In this document: one piece after another, positions 49,889 to 59,708 of the stretch
How positions within the stretch are numbered: position 1 is the first letter of the stretch
Layout: each line of letters begins with the position of its first letter
DNA from: Eutreptiella sp. 'Long Island Sound 2002'
Taxonomy: Eukaryota; Protista; Euglenida
Length of the DNA: 64,000 nt
Direction: 5' to 3'
NCBI GenBank assembly: GCA_964036045.1
Contig: OZ038378.1
Span: 142,228,001 to 142,292,000, forward strand
Notes under the pieces: generated by a model
Seen by the model: the letters and a program-made list of their open reading frames with translations, nothing else
Database searches by the model: none
What the model was told of the DNA's origin: nothing
Made by a program: the position numbers and the translations under genes

Positions 49889-51247
49889 TCAGGGCGGGCC
49901 AGCCCAACTCTTGATCCTGTGCGCAATGTAATCGAATTGCCCCGCAAGCGCATGGGGAGACGGTTGGCTGGTCCTGCTGCACTTGGCACCCGCATCCTCC
50001 GGCGTCTTGGGCTTCTTCTTGAGGTGATAGTACACGGCGTGCGATGGATCATTCTCCCGAGTCCAGCCCCCACAACGCGCTCCAGCCACGGTGCCGGGCT
50101 GCCAAGCCTCTTCTTGCTGCTCCTTGAGGAAATCCGGGCAAGTGTCCATAGGCCGTGGGGCAAACGGGTCCACAAACTGGAAAGTCCGGTCACCATCGAC
50201 CACCACCACGGTGCTTGGGGTTGTACCCCGGACTTTGACCTCGTAGTAGATGCCCTGTGCGGGCTTGTCACGGTCCTGGCCTGCGTCTGCGAAGCCGACG
50301 GGCTCTTCAGCCTGCAGCCACTCCACGCAGTAAAAATGGTCACAGCCCTGGGGCTGGACCCGCCCCTCGTCGTCAATGGCGGCAGAGGTCCCCTTCCACC
50401 GGGAGGCCTCGTACTGCAGATGGCAGGCACAGGGCCGAGGCGGAGCCCAAAACAAAGCCGGATGCCCCGGTTCCCAGCGCCAGTCGGCCTGTAAGTCCAG
50501 GGAAAAGCAGTGGATGGTCACGTGCTCTGCACTGCCCGGTCGGCCCCCAACGCCCTGATCTAGCACGAGCTGCTCCTCCCTGAAGCGCGGGCTGTGCATC
50601 AGGACTGCGCTGTACTCGGGAGGCCGTGGGTCAGGCGGTGGGTCAGGCGGTGGCTGATCGCTCGAGGCAAAGATCAGAAAGCCGTGCTTCACGCCGGTCA
50701 GGAAGCAGTAGCTCAGCATTTGATAGACGTCGGCCCAGTCCGGCAGGCCCCGTGTGCTCTGCTTCCATTTCACGTCCCCGATCACCAAATACAAGTTCGC
50801 GTCCGCCGCATCCCCGCGGCATGTCCACACAATGTCAGGCTCGGGAGTTCGGTTGGGGCAGAGCCGGGGGATGCAGTCCGTCAGCTTCTGCTTCTTGAAA
50901 CCGCGCTCCGTCACGTGCGGTGGGCCCCGGAGGGACTGCATCAGCGCTCGCCTGAGGCTGTTGCGCACCCACTGCTCGAACTTGTGGTACATCGAAAACC
51001 ACAACGAGGGGGCGTCCCCGAGCTCAGAGCTGCCGACTGAGGGCAAGGCGCACTGCAATATCATGGAGGCGTAGCGCAAGGCCGGCTCGTAATGCTGGTT
51101 CAGCAGCGTCAATGGCACGTGCGGCACAGGACAGAAATGTACAGAGGACACGCCGAGTTCCTCAAGGCCTTGAAGCCAGCCATGCGCCGCATCCGCCACC
51201 TCACCTTTGCTGTTTGTGGCAACGTGCTCCAGCGCGGCCTTGACCAC
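49889..51247 (-). CDS. mcrC: McrC-like nuclease, exon 4 (452 aa; PD-(D/E)xK domain plus C-terminal extension)
   Basis: TTGCAG| acceptor gives ...ENQ|VVKAAL. Motifs LLNQHYEPALRYASMIL, MYHKFEQWV, PDIV, IGDVKWK and ADVYQMLSY match McrC (RLN..Y..AL..A..IL; M..LFE..V; PD; D-x-K-Y-K; DxYQMxxY). TGA at 49889-49891. The spliced product is ~652 aa. Confidence 0.93.
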   Translation of the reverse strand: MVKAALEHVATNSKGEVADAAHGWLQGLEELGVSSVHFCPVPHVPLTLLNQHYEPALRYASMILQCALPSVGSSELGDAPSLWFSMYHKFEQWVRNSLRRALMQSLRGPPHVTERGFKKQKLTDCIPRLCPNRTPEPDIVWTCRGDAADANLYLVIGDVKWKQSTRGLPDWADVYQMLSYCFLTGVKHGFLIFASSDQPPPDPPPDPRPPEYSAVLMHSPRFREEQLVLDQGVGGRPGSAEHVTIHCFSLDLQADWRWEPGHPALFWAPPRPCACHLQYEASRWKGTSAAIDDEGRVQPQGCDHFYCVEWLQAEEPVGFADAGQDRDKPAQGIYYEVKVRGTTPSTVVVVDGDRTFQFVDPFAPRPMDTCPDFLKEQQEEAWQPGTVAGARCGGWTRENDPSHAVYYHLKKKPKTPEDAGAKCSRTSQPSPHALAGQFDYIAHRIKSWAGPP

Positions 51248-51364
51248 CTGCAATTGTCACAACCGGCTGTGTGGATGGCATGGTCCCGAAATACGTGGGA
51301 ATGGGGCTCCCGAAAAATTTTATTGCCTTCGGCAAGGCACCTTGAAGAGGGGAGAGGGACGACC

Positions 51365-52805
51365 ATTCTTGAGCTGCCGAGGCTGGAAAACTGCATAAGC
51401 AGGTTGTGCCCTAGACCCCTTGGGACCCCCCCCCCCAACACCCGAATAGGGTGAAAAACACATAAAGAGGGTATTGCGCTTCTATTGCCCATGAGCCTAT
51501 GTACAGAGGCCGAGGGGCTGGGGTGTGTGAAAAACACATAAAGAGGGGCTAAAACATGCTTTACATAGGATATTTGATCATTTTGGATGGTCAAAGTATC
51601 AAAAAAAAATCAGTTTCGGAAATTTCCATTTTTGAGCTGCTGAGGCCCGAAAACTGCGTAAGCAGGTTGTGCCCTAGACCCCTTGGGAGCCCCCCCCCCC
51701 CCCCCCAACACCCAAATAGTGTGAAAAACACATAAAGAGGGGCTAAAACATGCTTTACATAGGATATTTGATCATATTGGATGGTCAAAGTATCAAAAAA
51801 ATCAGTTTCGGAAATTCTATTGCCTTCGGCAAGTCAACCTCGCAGAGAATCTACTCCAAGCAACGCACACACGAAATAGGGAAAAAACAACATAAATACG
51901 GCCTAAAACATGCTTTACATACCTTGGATGGTCATTTTAGGTGATCATGGTATCAGAAAAATGAGGTTCGAAAACTTCGATTTTTGAGCTGCCCAGGGTG
52001 AAAAACTACAAAAGCAGGTTGTGTACCAATCCCTTGGGAGCCCCCCCCCCCCCCCCCGTAGCTAATACCCAAATAGGGTGAAAAGCACGTAAATACGGCC
52101 TAAAACATGCTTTACATACCTTGGATGGTCATTTTAGGTGATCATGGTATCAGAAAAATAAGTTTCGAAAACTTCGATTTTTGAGCTGCCCAGGGTGAAA
52201 AACTGCAGAAGCAGGTTGTGTACCAATCCCTTGGGAGACACCCCCCCCCCGTGCGCCCAATACCCAAATAGAGTGAAAAGCACGTAAATACGGCCTAAAA
52301 CATGCTTTACATACCTTGGATGGTCATTTTAGGTGATCATGGTATCAGAAAAATAAGTTTCGAAAACTTCGATTTTTGAGCTGCCCAGGGTGAAAAACTA
52401 CAAAAGCAGGTTGTGTACCAATCCCTTGGGACCCCCCGCCTGGACCTAATACCCAAATAGGGTGAAAATCATGTAAATACGGCCTGAAACATGCTTTACA
52501 TACATTGGATGGTCATTTTGGTGGTCATGGTATCAAAAAAACAAGTTTCGAAAACTTCGATTTTTGAGCTGCCCAGGGTGAAAAACTGCAGAAGCAGGTT
52601 GTGTACCCATCCCTTGGGAGCCCCCCCCCCCCCCCCCCCCGGACCTAATACCAAAATAGGGTGAAAAGCATGTAAATACGGCCTAAAACATGCTTTACAT
52701 ACCTTGGATGGTCATATTGTGTGGTCACAACATCATAAAACAAGTTTCAAAAACTTTGATTTTTGAGCTGACCAGGGTGAAAAACTGCATAAGTAGGTTG
52801 TGCAC
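51365..52805. repeat. ~195-bp tandem satellite (about 7 units, plus a further partial copy at ~53405-53620) in McrC intron 3
   Basis: T(A/G)AAACATGCTTTACATA recurs near 51550, 51746, 51905, 52101, 52297, 52486, 52685 and 53526. Confidence 0.93.
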
Positions 52806-54599
52806 CGGCCCATTCACCAAGCCATTATTGGTGGAAACAGTCATTTTGCGTCTTTGGCACGGGTTGTGACCGGCTCTCAGCAAGGCTAGAGACTGCAAAA
52901 AATGTCCTTCCGTATCCTAGTAGGCATATACTGTCACAACATCCCCACTCACAACCCTCAGAGTGGGTACCACGGGGTCACCGAGGTCTCCAAAACCGCC
53001 AACATAGCAAAAATGGCTGAAAAGTGCATAAACTGCATAAGCGCTCGTCCCACTCTGCCCCATACAAACCCCATGGAGTCGGGACCCGGAAACACTTTTT
53101 CGGCTCAAAACCAAAAAAAAAAGGGGGGGGGGTCATTTTTTGACCCCCACCCCCCACCCACCTCCCTCAAAACCTCAAAAAAGTGGGTTTCAAGTGGCGG
53201 GGGTCTAGGGGGGGTCCGGACCAAAAACTCATTGGGGGCGGCGTTTATTGGACAAAATAATGATTTTACAAGGGGTTAAACTAACAATTCAACCCCTTGG
53301 GGTAGGGTACACGAATGGGCCCAAAAAGGCCCAAAATGGGGGGGTATGTGGCGTTTTCCCCTATATACGCCTGCCTGGCTTTGATCTAACAACCTCTGCG
53401 GGATGAATTTCCATTTTTTAGCTGCCGAGGCCGGAAAACTGCATAAGTAGATTGTGCCCCAGCCCCCTTGGTACCCCCCCCCCCACACACACCCAAATAG
53501 TGTGAAAAACGCACAAAGAGGGGCTAAAACATGCTTTACATAGCATAATTTCATCATTGTAAGTGGTCACAATATCAAAATTGCAAAATTTTCCATTTTT
53601 GACCTGTAGAGGGTGGAAAACTGCTCAAGCAGTTCGTGCACACACCAAATGCCATTGAACCACCTACAAACAGCAATTTTGAAGCTTTTGGGGGGCCCAT
53701 GGCTCGGGCTAGATGGGCCCAGTGGCCACTACGTGGGTCCTCATGGGTGCTCAAGTACCCTTATTGTCACCAAATGCTCACCCAAACCCATCCTAGGGGC
53801 AACGGAAGGGTTTCATGAAAAATCGATTTTTCAAAAAACCTTCACGTGCCACTAAACAGCCTATCAAGCGTGAAAACAGATCAAGTGTGAAAGCGGCTAA
53901 GTCCCCACTGGCAAGGGTCCATATGGGGGGGGGGGGGGGCGACTGGGGGTACCTGGAGTTGGGACCCGGTACCCTCGCCATGGGTTAGGGGGTCCATATC
54001 CAAGAAAAAAGTTCTTCGGGACCCAGGTCCAAATACACACACAGCAGGCACGATACGCAAAGAAGTTTTGACCCCCCCCCCAAAAAAAGGGGTACCCAGG
54101 TGCGGGGAGGGTACGGGGGTCAAAATCCAAAAAATCATTGGGGGATCATTTTTGGTCCTAAAATGATGATTTTACAAGGGGTTAGACGTTAGAAATATTT
54201 GAGATATTGAGATATTTGATATTTGAATAAGATGAGATGACGGGAGGGCGAAAGTTTAAACTGGGCCACTTCACAGTGCAAGCACCAGCATTGTTTCTTG
54301 ACTACCCTGCAAATGCAAGCCCAGTTAAGAGCCCCTTCGCCCTCCCCTGGGCCCCAGGTGTTCGTGGACTCGATGGCATGGTCTGTTGTATGGGTCCTGG
54401 CGCAATGAACTGTGCGCCAGAGCGACTACACGGGCTCATGCAATGACACACTGGCTTTGCGCCAACTGCTCCAACCAGGAATGGCCAAGGTAAGAGCCCA
54501 GCGTGAGCCCAACAGAAGGAACGGGTTTCCCTTGTTGCACTTTTTTGCAAAAAAAAACCACTTGAAGTGTCTTCACCCGCCTTTTTGAGAAAAAAAACC

Positions 54600-55100
54600 C
54601 TCAAACTCATTAGGAGGGGCGTTCTCCATCACACAAACCCCAGGCATCATCTTTCATTGCCTCTCTCTTGACAGTGACCAGGGTCAACCAGAGGTCCTCC
54701 AAATCTGTGACGAATTTGCGGCGGGTTTGGAACAAGCCCGCGCTATTTCTGAATGAAGGAGCAAGCCCCTTGCCCATTCTGCTCCAAACTGCTCTCATAT
54801 CAAACGGGAGAGGGTCAGAGAGTCATTCAGGTGCAGACCACAGAGGTAGTGTGGTGCGGCTGTTGCGCTAACGCACCGTTCGGAATAGAGCAAAGGTAAA
54901 AACAGACGAAATTCGACAATGGCAACGGGGTGGTGTTTGACCTGTCCACATGCCTCAACCTTCTTCATGAGCTCTGGTGGATATCTGCATGCCAACTGAG
55001 TCGGATGCCCAATCCCATACTGCCAGTGCAGAAGCGATGGCACAGGAATCAAACATGCTGTGAACAAATACAGGTAGCAACCTGCATTTCTGAGCAAGGA
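54600..55100 (-). mobile_element. Probable LINE 3'-end relic in McrC intron 3
   Basis: Broken minus-strand frames (LHWQYGIGHPTQLAC...; RKFVTDLEDLWLTLVTVKREAM) with LINE C-terminal character. No catalytic motif seen. Confidence 0.3.
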
Positions 55101-55633
55101 TAGAGGGGCGCATCAGAGTAATTGTTAGCCACTGATGATGATATCAATCCTGCAACGTTCCTGGTTCGCCATCTGCTACAACCTGGTCAGAAACCCTGGG
55201 TGTTGGCATAGGGGACGTTTCTGCACAGCGCGGGCACAGCGCCCAATAGTAAGTTAGCTTTCCCATGACCACCCTGAAAACCACCCCCCACCGGGGGAGC
55301 TACGTCCACAGGGCAAAAACAGAAGGTTTAGACAGCAACCCGGCATTGTCAGTGTGAAACATGATTTGTTTTAACTCATTATCTGAGTTTTTGGACTGAG
55401 TAAGAGTCTGAGTAGTCCTGTGCATGGGAATACAGTAGTTATTGCGGTCACCTTGGCCATCAGGGAAAACGGGTCCAAAATAGTCTACTGTTCGCACAGC
55501 GCGTGCACAGCGCACGGTGCGCCCCCATAAAGGGACCAACAGAGACCAGATTCCTGGAAATTTGGAAGATGTTTGCAAAAGGATGCTGAGGAGGCGCCAG
55601 GGGCTGAGCAAGGAGGTTGGCTACGCAGATGAC

Positions 55634-55865
55634 CTGATTCTCCAGAACATCGGCGGTGTGTTCATCAAAGCGGCAGTGCACCGGCAGCATCAGTCCCATA
55701 CCCCGCCGCACGATTTCTGCAAAAATTGGTTTGCCCCGTAGCGTGTGCATGGCTGCCTCCCGTTGGGCGTAGTCATAACGTATCCCTTGGTCCCGGACGT
55801 CCTCTAAGGCCCGCAGTAGAAGACTGTACAGGATCCGCATTTCGCAGCCCTCTCCATCGGCGGTG
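55634..55865 (-). CDS. mcrC: McrC-like nuclease, exon 3 (TADGEG...QGIRYDY...TLRGKP...CRFDEHTADVLENQ)
   Basis: CCACAG| acceptor (phase 2, junction codon AGC) and CAG|GTCATC donor (phase 0). Carries the McrC G-x-x-x-x-Y...LRG(K/R)...C-x-(F/Y)DE-x-T-x-D-x-x-x-NQ motif. Confidence 0.9.
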
Positions 55866-56689
55866 CTGTGGTACAATCACAAAAGACCGCCTGTGCGCTC
55901 TCAAACGAGAAACAGCGCTGTCCCAATGATCTGTGCCCCGCCATCCCACGGGACCCGTCGTGCTGGTGCGGCGTGCCGCCTCTGCCACCGTCACCGGCCA
56001 AAACCCAACGCCCCAAACCGCAGACGACGAACACAACCCCGCGTGCATGTCAATGAGCACTTGTTTCAATGACAACACATTTTGTCATGCAAAACAAAGA
56101 AACTCAGTGGCCAGCTCCATGCCTAGGCCGTATCAGAAGAGGCGGCAGCCTCTTGCGGGGAGGGAAATGATGGCCGTCTTGAGTTGATTGATGGCAGTTG
56201 TGGGCTACCCGATGCCGATTGTCAGCCGCCTGCGCGCGATGGTCGCCATCCCACGCCAGTTCTAGACTGCTGGACTAGCCAGCCAACGGCAGTTCTACGG
56301 TATCCCACGGCACTGAAGGCCAACTCCCGGAAACTATTTCTCGCCCAACCGACAGGTTGACTGCCAACCGCCGGTGCGGCGGAGGATACTGAGGGTGTGC
56401 CCACTTGGCTTGGGTAGGAAATACCCATGTGGTCTGTACACACGGAGTGCCACAGATAGACACTGTCTGCGTGTTGTGGACCCTGGTTGAGTTGTAAGGC
56501 GCCGTAGGGGCCGTGAAACGCGCCGACCTGCGCCGATCTGTGCAGGTCCATCCGGGCGAGCACAGGATCAGACTGGCAATCCACCCTCTCTCAACACGAC
56601 CCCCTGTTCTTGTGGCACCAACTCTCGTCTTCGAAACTCTTGCAACAGGGGTTGTGCTGGAGCTCCGGGTCTACGAGGGAACGTGAGCG

Positions 56690-56985
56690 CGCCTGGCGCG
56701 CCCGCCACAACAACACAAAACACAACAACAACACCACCAACCGCAACGGCAATAACAGTAGCCGTCACCGCACAAACGGCAACCGGTGACCATAAAGGCA
56801 ACGGTACAACACCCGGACGCAACAACGAGCCCGGCAAAACAACCCACAAGCACGGCATGTACAAGGAACCGACACCAAACGATGCCGCCGGTGGCTGAGA
56901 ACCACCGTGGCACGACGTGGCTAGCCACGCCGGCCCGATACAACAACAATAACAACAAAAACAACAACAAAACAACAACGAACCC
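56690..56985. repeat. (AAC)n-rich low-complexity tract in McrC intron 2
   Basis: Runs of CAACAACAA. Confidence 0.8.
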
Positions 56986-57888
56986 CGAACGTGTCCCGCG
57001 TATCACAGCTCTTCCTCATGGCACGAGACCAAGGTTCAGGCGCCGCGCATTGAGCCGGCCACCGTGAGGAGACGCCGGAGCGGACCAACCGGATCGACGA
57101 ACTGATCCTGGCTAACTGAGACGTGCAGGAGGCGTCGGAGCGCGCAGGTACGTCCCTCCCACTGCACGGAACACGGCCGGGATGGCGGGCACGCGCACAT
57201 GCCACAGCACGCACGGAACCCATACACACATGCGAGGATACGGGGGAAAAAATCAACGCACCTAACACGAACGCAGGATACGATGGAGGAGGAGCAGACC
57301 AACGACGGCGACAACCAAAGGGAGACCACGTCGTCGACGCCGCGCACTCCGAGAAAGACCAGACCCCAAGGGATGGAACTACGGTCACCCAACCCCACAA
57401 GCCCTGAGATCCACTGTGCCCTAAACACGGAACGCAGCGCGGACCACGAGCCCATCACACACACACCCAGCCCCGCCTGCACGGAGTACAGCGCACACGA
57501 CGCGGCGCGCACCGGGCAAAGTTTCTACGGCCACCTCCAACCGTTGGCAGCATGTCTGTATGGGATTTTCTGACCTAACCTAGCACAATGGGATTTGGGC
57601 ACGTATTTTCGTGGTCGAGCAAGCAATGATTCCAAGAGATGTTGATATTGTCATTACACTCCCTCACCACCACTTCTTCCAATCATCCATGAATGACTTG
57701 TGCTTGTGCGATTGTGAAAAGGGTACCCCAAGCTCGGTATGATGGGGGTAAAGCATTGGGATAGATGACCTGAACATTGATTGGGATGCCGCCCGCGCAG
57801 GTGCGCGCTGGGCAAACGTTACCTCCACTGCCCTCCAAAAGACAGAAAACCAATCAGAAGCGGTACATAAAAGCTGTGCTGATGATAC

Positions 57889-58127
57889 CTGAAAATAGGG
57901 ATCGCGTGGTGCTGCCCTGTGGAGCCGGGCAGCAGCATGTGCATCAGGAAGTTGGAGTACGTCAGTCTAGCGCTGGGCTTGGGCTTGAGTTGAATGTAAG
58001 GGCAGGGCCCTGCCTTATTGGCAGCTGGAAGGGTGATGAGGCCTGCCAAACCATGTCCCGCCGGGCCTGGGGAGACCGAGTAGACTTGCTGCTGTGGATC
58101 TATGACCCTCACCGAGAAGCCCTGAGT
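57889..58127 (-). CDS. mcrC: McrC-like nuclease, exon 2 (TQGFSVRV...GLAGLITLP...IQLKPK...SNFLMHML...IF)
   Basis: CTCGCAG| acceptor and AG|GTATCA donor (phase 2). Carries the McrC N-terminal G-x-l-x-l...I-x-PK...n-l-x-x-ML signature. Confidence 0.85.
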
Positions 58128-59579
58128 CTGCGAGCAGAAGGCAACATGGGGTAACGCCCAGCCGTAGGGCCCTGACATTGTCACAATCGCTGATGGCCCC
58201 TAAAATCGAGTTGTGGCCATTTTAGTCACCCGGCCGGCACCAGCCGGGGCAAGTTTTCAAGCCGAAAAACACCCAAAATGGCAATAAATCGCGATTTCCC
58301 GGGGCTACGTGCATTTTCAGCAAATTTTGCGAGAGACAAAATCGAAGAGCACGACATTCCGCATCCGATGGTCAAAAGTGCCGCGCGTTTTGGGGCCCCT
58401 AAAATCGAGTTATGGCCTTGAGAGCTGCAGCGCCCTGACTACGCCACAGCGTCCCAGGCAGGACGCGTAGACCCCGGTCTCCGTGTGCAAACAGCAGTAC
58501 AATCACTAAGGCCGCGGATACAGCACCTCGTGCTGTTTGGCCACAGCCTCGACAATGGTCGTGAGCCTCCACAATCACTCTGGCATACTCGATGGTACGG
58601 CAATCACAACGCGGCGGAGCCACGACACACATAGTCCAGCAAGGCGCCGTTGGGCGCCACACAGTTTGTCTAACCCAACGCAAACGGCGCCGTTGCCCCC
58701 CCCCCCCCCAAAAAAAAGGGAAAACCCTGGTTGGGACAGTTGGGTGGGGCAGACTGAAAACAACAACGGGTGGGGGGGGGGGGGGGGGTGGCTTACAAGT
58801 TGAAGTTGATATTTGGGCTGGTGAGTACTGGTGGCTTTGTATCCCGTAATGACTTATGCGGGCAGTTTTGTGAGGCCCCGGCTGTTGCCGCCGTGTTGCT
58901 GATTGTAATCCATGATTCCTTGCGTCCCATGCTCCACAAACCTGCGCGGACACCGACTTGTTCAAACAGCACCAGGGAGGCGCACAGGAAGCGTCGGCGA
59001 GGGGGTCATTCACAAGCGTGACACACACACTCGGACCAGTCACCCCATATCATCATTCATAGTGCCCACACAACGAACAAGAAAACGTTCATCACTGACA
59101 AGCAGGCCCTGCCAAACCACGGCGCACACACACGCACGCGACCACACATCCACCGAGGAAGCGTCAATTCCATGGTTCCGAAAATGACAGGATTTGCACG
59201 TCACACTGTTCGGCCAAACAGCGGTGGGAAGTGGCGACGGCAACGAAATACCGAGTGCCGGACATCAGCCACAATTCCTGCAGCATTCAAACACCCAGAG
59301 TCACAGAACTGACTCGGGCCCGCAAGTCTGAGGCAGAGCCATCACTGCAAACCCAGGAAGGGGGGGGTCGGGTTGGGTTGGCACAGGGCCTCAAACAGGG
59401 GCCGGGTCCCAGGTCGCGGCTGGATTCCCTGCCTGACACTGGGGCTGCACCACCTGCTGGCCCGGCTCCAAGGCCGGCAAGGCAGCCCGTTCCAACCCAT
59501 AGGGGGCGGCAGGGGGGCTGGGGGTGGCTTGGGAGCGTGCTGTGCGAGCGGAGGCCCACTTGCGGCCGAAGGAGCATGC

Positions 59580-59708
59580 CTGATCTGCTTTGCTGCGAGA
59601 AATTTCGGTCTTGACCTCCTTCAAATGCCGGTGCTGCCTCTCCGTCAACTGGCACTTGAAAGGCACGCCCTCGTAGCAGGAGAAGCAGAGGTCTCTTGGG
59701 GACGTCAT
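59580..59708 (-). CDS. mcrC: McrC-like nuclease, exon 1 (43 aa: MTSPRDLCFSCYEGVPFKCQLTERQHRHLKEVKTEISRSKADQ)
   Basis: ATG preceded by a pyrimidine tract and an AG. Ends CAG|GCATGC (GC donor, phase 0), matching the phase-0 acceptor of exon 2. Supported mainly by phase and length. Confidence 0.6.

Noticed and set aside
49706-50494. 262-aa plus-strand ORF and other ORFs overlapping mcrC exon 4
   Set aside because: Antisense or alternate-frame shadows of a GC-rich coding exon, with no domain features.
49889-51253. Bacterial contamination as the source of the McrC sequence
   Set aside because: The McrC motifs are split over exons with phase-matched splice sites, and the introns contain repeat families found elsewhere in the window.
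56520-56680. Alternative phase-2 exon candidate for mcrC (…RGWIASLILCSPG…AG|GT)
   Set aside because: It lacks McrC motifs, and exon 57889-58127 supplies the expected PK...ML motif and the correct phase.
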